In this document: in pieces, positions 37,093 through 45,675 of the stretch | How the letters are laid out: every line of letters starts with the position of its first letter | How positions within the stretch are numbered: position 1 is the first letter of the stretch | From: a virus | Taxonomy: Duplodnaviria; Caudoviricetes | Virus record (IMG/VR): IMGVR_UViG_3300028920_000023 | Direction: 5' to 3' (one strand) | Length of the DNA: 64,000 nt | The notes under the pieces: generated by a model | Databases searched by the model: none | Told to the model about the DNA's origin: nothing | Seen by the model: only the letters and a program-made list of their open reading frames with translations | Position numbers and translations under genes: made by a program

Positions 37093-39051
37093 TCACTTCA
37101 ACTCTGCTTTAATAAGCTTATGCTGAATCCTAGTGACATGCTCCTTACACAAAGAACGACGAGCACTAAGAGACAAAGACTCAACATCCCTGCCCGTAAT
37201 CGGCTCATAATTCGTACTTAGATAATCAATATCGAAATCAACCTCCCCGATCTCCACCCTCTCATTCGGGCCATACGGGAAGACATCCATCACAAACTGT
37301 GCAATACTCTTCTCTTCCGGAGACAAGCCAGCATCGTCCATCATCTGCTCAAGATGCCTACGCACAATCTGCTTATTCTGGAAAATCACCTTAAACAACG
37401 AAGCGCGAACCCGATCCTCCACACGCTCATGATACTGCGTGATCCTCTGACGACTGACCGACCGCCTAGCCGAATAGCCCGTACAGCCAGTCCGAGCACA
37501 ACAACCACCCTTATGTTCAGAACGATAGGCCCCACAAGGACCAGACGGAGTATCGGAAACGCACTTCTGAATCACCTTGCCAAAATTCTCCGCAAGCCAC
37601 GACCCGGAAGTAGGAACTGGCCTAAAGTACCACTTGCCATTTTCCTCATAGACGGAACCTTGCGTAACTTCAGCAAGCCTGAGACATTCGCCTTCTGGTT
37701 GTTCCAGCGGGAAGCCGTAATAGAAGCAAAGAACGACCTCCTGCTCATAGGTGAGGTCCAGATCATTACGGACCATCTCGATCAATCGGCGTTTGTGATC
37801 TTCTTCTTCGTTCTTGTCGGATATTTCCCTCGGATCCGGCGTCTTCTTATCCATGACATCGAATTCGCGTTCTTCCGAGTCAGAGGTCTTCTCTATAGTC
37901 AGAGGATTGCCGTGGAAGTCCGGGTTAGGAGCTACAACCGAGATAACATCACCAATTGTGCGGTGCCTATCTTGGTTGTAGAACCCGAGGATGCTGGATT
38001 TGTCGTCATCGACTAAGTAATTATACCGCCACTCCAGGAAGCTGAAGAGTTCCCAGACTGTTTCGATCCCCAATTCCTCTAGCGGGAAATCCAACCGGAT
38101 GAGGTTACAATAAGCTAGCTTGTTGCCTAGTTTCTGGATATTGACCATTCGCAGATCTGAGGCTTTGGCGAGCCTGGTCTTTGCCATGGGCACTTTTGCT
38201 TTTCGTGCTTTAGTTACGAAGCCTGATGCTATTTGTTTGGCTTCTTTTATGGCTTCGCTTTGGATCTTGTCTGCTTCTTTCTTTATTTTATCGTAGGATC
38301 TCTTGTCGTGTTTCTTGAGATGTGCGGTTAGAGCTGTTAGGAATTTCTTTTGGTTTTCCCATTCACGCAGAGATCCGGATATTCTGCTGCTGATTTTGCA
38401 GTGTTCTTTTGGGTTGTGTTGCTGGTAGTGTCTGCGTACGAGGCTACCGAGTACTGTTGCGTAATTTGCGAGTTTCTGCTTTTGGACGATGTCGTCGGCG
38501 TGGCGTGTTACCCAGTCTTTGGTCAGCCACGAGGTGACTAGTTTTCTGACTTCGATTGTGCTCGGCAATCGTTCTCCGTCTTGCCTTCGGGAGATTAGTC
38601 CACTGCCTACGGAGCCTCTTCGCACTTTGGTTCTGATGTGTGTGTAGGCGTGTCCTGCGAATGGGCTTTTTCCGGCGTCTGTGCGGAGTGCTGCTATTAT
38701 GCCGATTGCGGCTTCTTGGAATGCGTCTTCGTCGACGAAGCGTTTGGTGCAGTATTTGCTGCAGTGGGTCCTTATAAAGGGTGTCATTGCTAGGATGACT
38801 TCTTCTGTTGTCCAGCCTACGAGCAGTGGTAGTTTGATATGGATTAGGGCTTCAAGTCCGTGTTGTGATAGTGAGCCTTTTTCACGGATTTTGTTTGTTT
38901 CTTCGATCCAACTGTCTATTTCGTCTTGCGTTGGTACTTGGAACTTTTGGAGTGTACTGTCTGGCGGCTCTAGTGCCGCCCAGTTCTGTAGTGCTCCTTC
39001 AGGCAGACACAGGCCTCTTAGCCTCTCGTAGAGGCTTTCTTGCTTTGTCAT
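37093..39051 (-). CDS. sigma70-like RNA polymerase sigma factor with large insertions (652 aa)
   Basis: Region 2: DAFQEAAIGII...FAGHAYTHIR; region 4: LTYEQEVVLCFYYG and VSRQRITQ. Confidence 0.75.
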   Translation of the reverse strand: MTKQESLYERLRGLCLPEGALQNWAALEPPDSTLQKFQVPTQDEIDSWIEETNKIREKGSLSQHGLEALIHIKLPLLVGWTTEEVILAMTPFIRTHCSKYCTKRFVDEDAFQEAAIGIIAALRTDAGKSPFAGHAYTHIRTKVRRGSVGSGLISRRQDGERLPSTIEVRKLVTSWLTKDWVTRHADDIVQKQKLANYATVLGSLVRRHYQQHNPKEHCKISSRISGSLREWENQKKFLTALTAHLKKHDKRSYDKIKKEADKIQSEAIKEAKQIASGFVTKARKAKVPMAKTRLAKASDLRMVNIQKLGNKLAYCNLIRLDFPLEELGIETVWELFSFLEWRYNYLVDDDKSSILGFYNQDRHRTIGDVISVVAPNPDFHGNPLTIEKTSDSEEREFDVMDKKTPDPREISDKNEEEDHKRRLIEMVRNDLDLTYEQEVVLCFYYGFPLEQPEGECLRLAEVTQGSVYEENGKWYFRPVPTSGSWLAENFGKVIQKCVSDTPSGPCGAYRSEHKGGCCARTGCTGYSARRSVSRQRITQYHERVEDRVRASLFKVIFQNKQIVRRHLEQMMDDAGLSPEEKSIAQFVMDVFPYGPNERVEIGEVDFDIDYLSTNYEPITGRDVESLSLSARRSLCKEHVTRIQHKLIKAELK

Positions 39052-39090
39052 GGCGTTCCTCCCTGGCTAGGGTGCCGACGTAGCTGGCAC

Positions 39091-39119
39091 ATTGTAACAC
39101 AAAGCGATCTCCTTGTCAA
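39091..39119 (-). promoter_or_regulatory. host sigma70-type promoter for the sigma gene
   Basis: TTGACA-17 nt-TACAAT on the - strand, about 40 nt before the ATG. Confidence 0.75.
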
Positions 39120-39322
39120 GTACAGACCTGCAAGGAAGATATCTCCCGTGCAATGAACGGGGTGCACAGGTGCTACCCAGCTCATTTGCCTACTGGCGTC
39201 CAGCTCTTTTTGGCGGCCACATCATGTGGACAACGCATTAAGGGGCTGTATACGCAGTGTGTTTATCGGGTTAAAGACACCGGGAAATATGGCGGGTGGT
39301 GGCGGTGCCGCTACGGCGTATA

Positions 39323-39408
39323 CCCGTCGCTTGCAGACGAGCAAGCGGACGCGCCTCCCGGACGGGCGCGGTATGCTGGTACCGCCACCGGCGTGTTCAG
39401 TCGTGTTG
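39323..39408 (-). repeat. GC-rich leader element (family C), copy 3
   Basis: Near-identical to 34874; differences are mostly A>G and C>T on +. Confidence 0.85.
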
Positions 39409-39409
39409 C

Positions 39410-39889
39410 TTACGGACGAGCAAGACGGCTGCTTATGCGTGTTTTTCGTCTCTCGGTCACCTTGGGGTAGCCCTCGGGGTCGAAAGACCTTGCTGTTCTG
39501 AAGCCAATGACGTTCCTGTCGCCACCACGACAGAGTGCAAAGGTGTAGCCATCTTTGGTGAATAGCTGGTTTTTTCTTGCTTTATTTTGTTCGTAGACCA
39601 GCCAAATGGCTAGTCTGTCCAACAGAGTAGCTGCTGCTTTTGGTGGTGTTTGGCGTATTTCCAGTTCTTTTTCGCCAAATCTTAGCAGTCCTTTCGTGTA
39701 GGCCACTGGGGTTGTTTCGCTATTGTCATAACGGATTGTCCAGGGCGGGGGAGTTGGGGTCTTGCTTGGGATTGTGTGGTTGAGATCGATGATCATCGAT
39801 TGGCTCCGTAGGTATGCACATTGAGCAGTCAAATCCCTGTTTGTTTCATATCGCACATGAGCAGCGCTGAAACCCCCATCGAGCAGCAC
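39410..39889 (-). CDS. hypothetical protein, DUF4262-like (start uncertain)
   Basis: AYTKGL..FG..ELEI pattern. Confidence 0.5.
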   Translation of the reverse strand: MLLDGGFSAAHVRYETNRDLTAQCAYLRSQSMIIDLNHTIPSKTPTPPPWTIRYDNSETTPVAYTKGLLRFGEKELEIRQTPPKAAATLLDRLAIWLVYEQNKARKNQLFTKDGYTFALCRGGDRNVIGFRTARSFDPEGYPKVTERRKTRISSRLARP

Positions 39890-40013
39890 ATGTGCGATAA
39901 TACCTCCTATCCCAAATTATCTTTTAGTGCAGCACCTGAGACCAACACAACAGCACGTTGCAGCTGTTGCAGCTCTTACAGGACCTTTTATCACGCAAAA
40001 AACAACCAGATAA

Positions 40014-40349
40014 TTACGAATAATACCCCAAGGTCGTCAAAGCAGAAAAACCAACCAAAGACCGCTCATCCTTATCGACCTCAGTAAGGAACAAATCAAA
40101 AACAGCATCACTTTCAACCTCAGTCAACTCCATCAAACCCAGAACAACACAACCAGAATCCCTCCTAGAACCACGATAACAATACAAACGCAGAAAATCC
40201 AAATCCTTCATCTCGCGTCTAATCCTAGTAGACCAATCCTTATCACAATCATCCTCATCATAAATCACAGAAATAATCTTGTACCTAGACAAGACCTCAT
40301 CATAAATCTTACCATACTCCTGCTTAGTCAATCTAACAAGAGCCTCCAT
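40014..40349 (-). CDS. hypothetical protein (111 aa)
   Basis: GAGGAGGT RBS. Confidence 0.65.
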   Translation of the reverse strand: MEALVRLTKQEYGKIYDEVLSRYKIISVIYDEDDCDKDWSTRIRREMKDLDFLRLYCYRGSRRDSGCVVLGLMELTEVESDAVFDLFLTEVDKDERSLVGFSALTTLGYYS

Positions 40350-40759
40350 TATAACCTCCTCAACAACAAAGAGGAACAACCCGGAACACAACGCAACCTA
40401 CAAAAAGAAAGAACACTACGAACCGGGTAACCACAACAAACACCAATAACAAAATCCCTCAACTGCTTAGGAAGATACTGGTCCTTATAAGCCCAGCACA
40501 ATAAATCCGCAATATCCTCATTCTCGGGTAAAAAAGCAACACCCGTACCAATATCCCTCACCACCAAACCACAACCCTCCAAAGAAGACGGAGCAAAACG
40601 ATACAAAAGAGGCTTCTCACCAGCCAAAACAGCCGATAAACAAACCCCCAACGGCCAACGCCAACTCCGACTCCTAGGAGAAAAATTCAGAGCCCTATCA
40701 TACCAGACACACAAACCATCCGGATCAACAACATTACAATATCTCTTAACAATCATCAC
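40349..40759 (-). CDS. hypothetical protein (136 aa)
   Basis: Tightly packed co-oriented ORF. Confidence 0.6.
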   Translation of the reverse strand: MMIVKRYCNVVDPDGLCVWYDRALNFSPRSRSWRWPLGVCLSAVLAGEKPLLYRFAPSSLEGCGLVVRDIGTGVAFLPENEDIADLLCWAYKDQYLPKQLRDFVIGVCCGYPVRSVLSFCRLRCVPGCSSLLLRRL

Positions 40760-40774
40760 AATAAATTTGCCACA

Positions 40775-41236
40775 TCACGACTCAAAAAGAAGCTCAACAG
40801 AACCATCCTCCGAGACCTCCTCCGAATCAAAAACAAAACCCTGTTCCTCAAGCTGATCAATAGCAACCTGCTTAGAATACTCACGCATCAACTTATTGCA
40901 ATCCTTCTCACCATCCCCAATGTGACCCATCAAACCAAAACCACCATTATAAAAATCATAGATAACCCGAAAACCACCCTCCCCATCATCAACAAGACCA
41001 ACCTCATAAGCACCAGAAACACCCCTAACCCTCAACACATGATCACACTTACCATACTGACTAGGATCAACACCATCACGATACGCAGCATCCTCAGCAT
41101 GATAATCATTCACCCACTTACCAAACCACCTATACGTCTTTTGGCCACGGACAAGCTCCAAACCAAGCCTGTCCGCAGCACGCTCCAAACAATCCAAATC
41201 AGTCACACGAACCTTCATCGTAACAACATGACTCAT
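40775..41236 (-). CDS. DUF1257 (Ycf35-like) protein, second copy
   Basis: MSHVVTMKVRVTDLDCL..AA.RLG; Y...VA...L...GF. Confidence 0.8.
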   Translation of the reverse strand: MSHVVTMKVRVTDLDCLERAADRLGLELVRGQKTYRWFGKWVNDYHAEDAAYRDGVDPSQYGKCDHVLRVRGVSGAYEVGLVDDGEGGFRVIYDFYNGGFGLMGHIGDGEKDCNKLMREYSKQVAIDQLEEQGFVFDSEEVSEDGSVELLFES

Positions 41237-41487
41237 TCAGTCACCTCCTTAGGATCGCCAAGCGTAGCACCATCATCCAGAAAGCTCTCGGGAATTGCGA
41301 ACCTGACACCACTTAGGTGTTCTCTCATATTCTTCTCGGTCTCTTCCTTGTCCTTGACTCCACAAGCATAGCAGATATAAGCTCCGTTGCGCCCATATGG
41401 GCGCAACTCCGCAATTTTGCCGCAATAATCACACTGTTGCGGCTTTTCTCTCCCAATCACAAAAACGTCCCCAATCCTCTTGCTCAT
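41233..41487 (-). CDS. small zinc-finger protein
   Basis: CDYCG...ELRPYG..G..IC..C. Confidence 0.7.
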   Translation of the reverse strand: MSKRIGDVFVIGREKPQQCDYCGKIAELRPYGRNGAYICYACGVKDKEETEKNMREHLSGVRFAIPESFLDDGATLGDPKEVTE

Positions 41488-43454
41488 ATCATCCCCCAAA
41501 AATCAGACTCACTAATAATCTCCACACCAAGCTTCCTAGCCTTCTTAGTCTTAGACGACTCCTTAGAAGGATCAGCCTGGACAAGGAAATCAACCCCAGA
41601 AGCAACCTTATCAGACGTGGTTCCACCATTCCGCACAACCACATCCCACATCATCTTCCGAGTAAAACGCTTCCCATCCTCACCCACCTTCTCAATAGCA
41701 CCCGTAAACACAAAACACTTACCAGCAAGAGAACCACCAGAAACAACCGGTGCCTCAGGAGACTCCTCCTCCACAATCCGAACACCAGCATCCAAAAGAC
41801 CCTGATAAAGACCACGGCCAATAACACCACAAATACCCTCACAAACCGCAGTAGCCTTACGCTCACTGAAACCCTCTAAAGCAGAAAGCCTCTCCGGATC
41901 CAACGACAACATATCAACCTGCCCAATACCCTGAGAAATCATAATCTCCATCTGACGACGACCCAAGAACTGGATACCAAGCGAACCCCAAAACTCCTGA
42001 AGGGAGCAAGACTTAGACTTCTCCAATTCGGCCATAATCCTCTTAGCATTAGAACCAACCACACCATTCCCACGAGGGATCGCAGCCAAAACATCCTCAG
42101 TCAAACCATACAGATCAGCCGGAGTCCTAATACCATAATTGTCATACAAGGTCTCCAACAACGTATCACCAATATGCAAAATATTCCTCTTGGTGATCCA
42201 CGTCTTAAGAAGACGAAACTGCTTACCCTCACAGGAATCAGACATACACTTGATATGCGCCCCATCCTTCACTAGCTCAGAAAAGCAAACAGGGCAATTC
42301 GTAGGAGTAAAAATCTGCTCCCTATCCGCAGCTTCATTCGCCACACCAATAACCTTCGGAATAACATCACCAGAACGGATGACCTTGACCTCGTCCCCAA
42401 CAGCCACCCTCAGGCGCTCGATCTCCTCAAAATTGTTCAGAAGAGCACTCGTAACCGTAACTCCCCCAATATGCACAGGAGCCAAATCCGCAGTAGGAAT
42501 AATCGCCCCAGTATGCCCAACCGTAAGCTTAACACCAAGAAGCTTCGTAGTCGCCTCCATAGCCTTAAACTTAAACGCAATACCACCCTTCGGACGATTA
42601 TCGCGAACACCAAGATCCGAAAAAACATCAGAATCATTAAAAAACACAACAAGACCATCAATCTCAACATCCAAACCAGCCCTATCAGAAGCAACCTGCT
42701 GGTGAGTAGCATAGACATCATCCACAGTATGGTGGAGAACAAACCATACCACCTCAAAACCAAGCGATTGAAGAAAAACCAACTTCTCAGAATGAGAAAC
42801 GAATTCATCATCCCCAATCACATCAAACGCGATAAACGAAATACACTGCGCACGATCGCCATCACTCCTTCTGACCGTGCCATTCGCCGCATTCCTCGCG
42901 TTCGCAGCATCACCAAAATGCTTCTCAAAATCCTCCTTAAGAAGAATAGCCTCACCACGAACATGAAGATCCGAACGAATAGGAATCCTCACAGGAACAT
43001 TCTTGAACTTTCGGGCATTTCGCGTAATATCCTCACCGAAATGGCCATCACCACGAGTTATAGCCTGGACCAAAATCCCATCCTTATAAATAAGCTCTAC
43101 CGAAGAACCATCGAGCTTATGCATAACCAACAGCTCAGCCATTTCAGATTCAATACCAACATCCTTAATCCGCCTAGCATGCCACTCCCTGAACGAAGGC
43201 GTGGCATTATCCCCATCTCTTGAGCAATTATTCAAACTGCCCATAGGGATCTTATGTTCAGCCTTCGTCAGGTGATCAGCTACCGGAGCGCCCACAGACG
43301 ACAAAATGGGATGATCCGGACACTTCTCACGAACGTAATCCTTAAGCTCATCATACTCGGCATCAGACATGATACTACTGCCGGTATTGTAATAAGCTCT
43401 GTCAGCTTCCATGAGCTTAGACGTAACTTCCTTAAGTTGGTCTTTCATCGACAT
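41484..43454 (-). CDS. ligA: NAD-dependent DNA ligase
   Basis: SDAEYD; KLDG adenylation Lys; TRGDG..GEDIT; EVRGE-like HVRGE; DGLV; AFKF; OB fold; Zn finger; HhH; C-terminal BRCT. Confidence 0.95.
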   Translation of the reverse strand: MSMKDQLKEVTSKLMEADRAYYNTGSSIMSDAEYDELKDYVREKCPDHPILSSVGAPVADHLTKAEHKIPMGSLNNCSRDGDNATPSFREWHARRIKDVGIESEMAELLVMHKLDGSSVELIYKDGILVQAITRGDGHFGEDITRNARKFKNVPVRIPIRSDLHVRGEAILLKEDFEKHFGDAANARNAANGTVRRSDGDRAQCISFIAFDVIGDDEFVSHSEKLVFLQSLGFEVVWFVLHHTVDDVYATHQQVASDRAGLDVEIDGLVVFFNDSDVFSDLGVRDNRPKGGIAFKFKAMEATTKLLGVKLTVGHTGAIIPTADLAPVHIGGVTVTSALLNNFEEIERLRVAVGDEVKVIRSGDVIPKVIGVANEAADREQIFTPTNCPVCFSELVKDGAHIKCMSDSCEGKQFRLLKTWITKRNILHIGDTLLETLYDNYGIRTPADLYGLTEDVLAAIPRGNGVVGSNAKRIMAELEKSKSCSLQEFWGSLGIQFLGRRQMEIMISQGIGQVDMLSLDPERLSALEGFSERKATAVCEGICGVIGRGLYQGLLDAGVRIVEEESPEAPVVSGGSLAGKCFVFTGAIEKVGEDGKRFTRKMMWDVVVRNGGTTSDKVASGVDFLVQADPSKESSKTKKARKLGVEIISESDFWGMI

Positions 43455-43461
43455 AACTCCT

Positions 43462-44244
43462 TTAGAGATCCAAGATTCGCGAACCGATCGAAGCAAAAGC
43501 ACCCACAACCTGCCTACTGACAGAAGATTTACCCATCTTCTTTTCGACTTCCTCTACCAAATCATCACTTTTCTTCTCATCAAAATCCAAAATCCGCTTC
43601 GGATGCTGAATATTCACAGCCGAAACCCTATTAGGTCCGGAATCCAGATCGAGAACACGAGCACTCTTCGCAAAAGTATCGATCGCAATGACCTGGCGAA
43701 CGGACTCAGCCAATCTCTTAACAAAATTACGCACACCAGCAGCAAAACCCGAACTGGTCTGATAAGAGGAAGAGAAACCGAGATCAGAATCGAGATCAGA
43801 CAACGTCCTAGTCTCATTCTTGGATAAAACAAGATGAGTTCTTTCTCTAGTCCAAGAATTCATTATCTCCACATAGATATGATCTGTGGGATTATAACCA
43901 GGAAGCTCAACAAGCCTATTATCCTCAAGACGTACAAACAAAGTCCGCACAATCTTGTTCTGATGGCCGATATCATCAGCCGTCTGCTTCTCCTCCTTAT
44001 ATTGCTTATCGTCTACAAGCTGATACCTCTTCCCAGCTTTGTCTTTCGTCTTATCTGCAATTTTCTTCTGTATAAAGCGCGCAGCAGCATCATGAGTACC
44101 GAATCTCTTGGTCTGTTCAGAAATATTAGAACCAATTCTGCCCCATTTAATCTCGACAGTCGTATCGTCTATGAACTTGTAACTCCACAGCTTATTGCTG
44201 TTAGAGTCCTTGCTGATGTACCGAATCTCTTTCCCTATATCCAT
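43462..44244 (-). CDS. WGR-domain protein with three RxLD(L/F) motifs
   Basis: KLWSY...IKWGRIG; ends RILDL. Confidence 0.8.
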   Translation of the reverse strand: MDIGKEIRYISKDSNSNKLWSYKFIDDTTVEIKWGRIGSNISEQTKRFGTHDAAARFIQKKIADKTKDKAGKRYQLVDDKQYKEEKQTADDIGHQNKIVRTLFVRLEDNRLVELPGYNPTDHIYVEIMNSWTRERTHLVLSKNETRTLSDLDSDLGFSSSYQTSSGFAAGVRNFVKRLAESVRQVIAIDTFAKSARVLDLDSGPNRVSAVNIQHPKRILDFDEKKSDDLVEEVEKKMGKSSVSRQVVGAFASIGSRILDL

Positions 44245-44268
44245 TTGCTACCTCCTACTCGGGGTTAA

Positions 44269-44307
44269 TTCAGCAGAGATTACCTCTGCTGATTCGGAAC
44301 TCCTCAG
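44269..44307 (-). repeat. hammerhead-core-like element, type B
   Basis: CTGAGGA-G TTC C-GAA-TCAGCAGAG gtaat CTCTGCTGA-A; its TGA is the upstream stop. Confidence 0.85.
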
Positions 44308-45227
44308 TCTAAATCAAGCTTCCTGCCATGACCCAAGATACTCTCGCGGGCCTTGTCCAAACTGGACCTGAGATCATCAACACCCCCTGCAATCAGGTGC
44401 TCATAAGAGCCAATACGGGCTTTGATCTTGGCGATCTCCTCTAGCTTATTCTTGAGCCATTTATCACCAACATCTTTATTCCCGGAAGTGACTTCCGAGA
44501 TCTTCTTCTCCAAGTTCTCCAAAGAGGACTGGAATTCCGTAGAAGCTGCATTGCCTACAACTTCCTGAGCGTGGGCCACATTCGGCATCGGGAAGAAAGA
44601 CAGATAATTGCCCCCACCCAAAGTGCCCAAGAATTCGGCCAAATTCCGCACAGTCTGCTCGTAAGCAGCAGGCACGAAATACACACAGCCTTGATCCCGC
44701 AAGGACACGATATCCGCGTTCTCTCGAAGAATCGATTTGATATATCGCGTCACATCAGAAGAAGAATACGTAACTTTCTGAGCACCAAATTCCTCAACGA
44801 CCCGATCTTTGATCTCGGAAACCGAGCAAGTGACAGCAGCCGAGAAATCCTTCGTCTCACGATAACGCTGCTTATCCACCAAGAAACTGGCTTCCCGACT
44901 ATAAGACAACTCCGCCTCAGCGCCAGTACCGTTCTTCAGTTCCGCTGTGAACTGATAATTCATAAAGCGATCATCCTCATCTGCCAAACGGATAATACGC
45001 TGTTCCTCCATAGCACGAAGAGAACGAGTAAGGGCACTCCTATAATTGTGTTCCCGAGCGTATTTCTCATCAAAACCACAACTCACAAGAGCCTGTTTGA
45101 ACTCCTCTTGGGTGATGTTCACGTTCCGGACATTCCACCAGATCATATAACCAAGGATCTGGAAGTCTTGATCACCCTCAACGAACTGACCCATCAAAAG
45201 ATTCTGAGCTACTTGCGTTTCTGTCAT
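44304..45227 (-). CDS. hypothetical protein, DUF6744/DUF3150-like
   Basis: GYMIWW..., coiled-coil C-terminus, ends RKLDLD; family assignment from memory. Confidence 0.75.
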   Translation of the reverse strand: MTETQVAQNLLMGQFVEGDQDFQILGYMIWWNVRNVNITQEEFKQALVSCGFDEKYAREHNYRSALTRSLRAMEEQRIIRLADEDDRFMNYQFTAELKNGTGAEAELSYSREASFLVDKQRYRETKDFSAAVTCSVSEIKDRVVEEFGAQKVTYSSSDVTRYIKSILRENADIVSLRDQGCVYFVPAAYEQTVRNLAEFLGTLGGGNYLSFFPMPNVAHAQEVVGNAASTEFQSSLENLEKKISEVTSGNKDVGDKWLKNKLEEIAKIKARIGSYEHLIAGGVDDLRSSLDKARESILGHGRKLDLD

Positions 45228-45264
45228 AAATCCTCCTTTGGCTAGAAGCCGAACCTGAAAATCC

Positions 45265-45615
45265 CTATTTGATCACGCTATTGGGCGGAGAAACCGGCAA
45301 ATGCTCGGGATGTCTTTTTGCCAAATCCCTCAGAGCATCAGAAACCATCTGGTTAAAATACCCAGAATTGGCAACGAAATCATAGGAGGAGATATACGAG
45401 CAATTGCCCAGATAAGACGTCTCCTCATCAACGACCCTGTTACGGTCCTTAAGCTGAGCAGTAACCGTGGCTGTACACCAGCCCCACCCGCCCTTAGCGA
45501 TTTTCATCACCTTGCGGACTGCTTCAGCATAACCTTCACAGGAACTTGTTCTTCTCTCGGATTGCTCCGGAGTCTCATGTTCCTTCACATTGTCGACTAC
45601 GATCACAAGTTTCAT
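45265..45615 (-). CDS. hypothetical protein (116 aa)
   Basis: AAAGGAG RBS. Confidence 0.7.
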   Translation of the reverse strand: MKLVIVVDNVKEHETPEQSERRTSSCEGYAEAVRKVMKIAKGGWGWCTATVTAQLKDRNRVVDEETSYLGNCSYISSYDFVANSGYFNQMVSDALRDLAKRHPEHLPVSPPNSVIK

Positions 45616-45634
45616 GGCTTCTCCTTTGGTCAAT

Positions 45635-45675
45635 AGGAGGGCAAGGACTTCTTGCCCTCCTTCCCAAATCGTCCG
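45635..45675 (-). repeat. degenerate hammerhead-core-like element, G-C closing variant
   Basis: CGGACGA-T TTG G-GAA-GGAGGGCAAG aagtc CTTGCCCTCC-T, directly after the AAA stop. Confidence 0.55.

Noticed and set aside
37093-39051. Inteins as the explanation for the sigma factor's length
   Set aside because: No N-terminal C/S block, no HN-C/S/T splice junction and no LAGLIDADG motifs are visible.
5260-44307. SECIS-like UGA recoding signal
   Set aside because: Only a minority of copies have the TGA in frame, the downstream genes have their own RBS and start codon, and the upstream ORFs are not recognisable selenoproteins.
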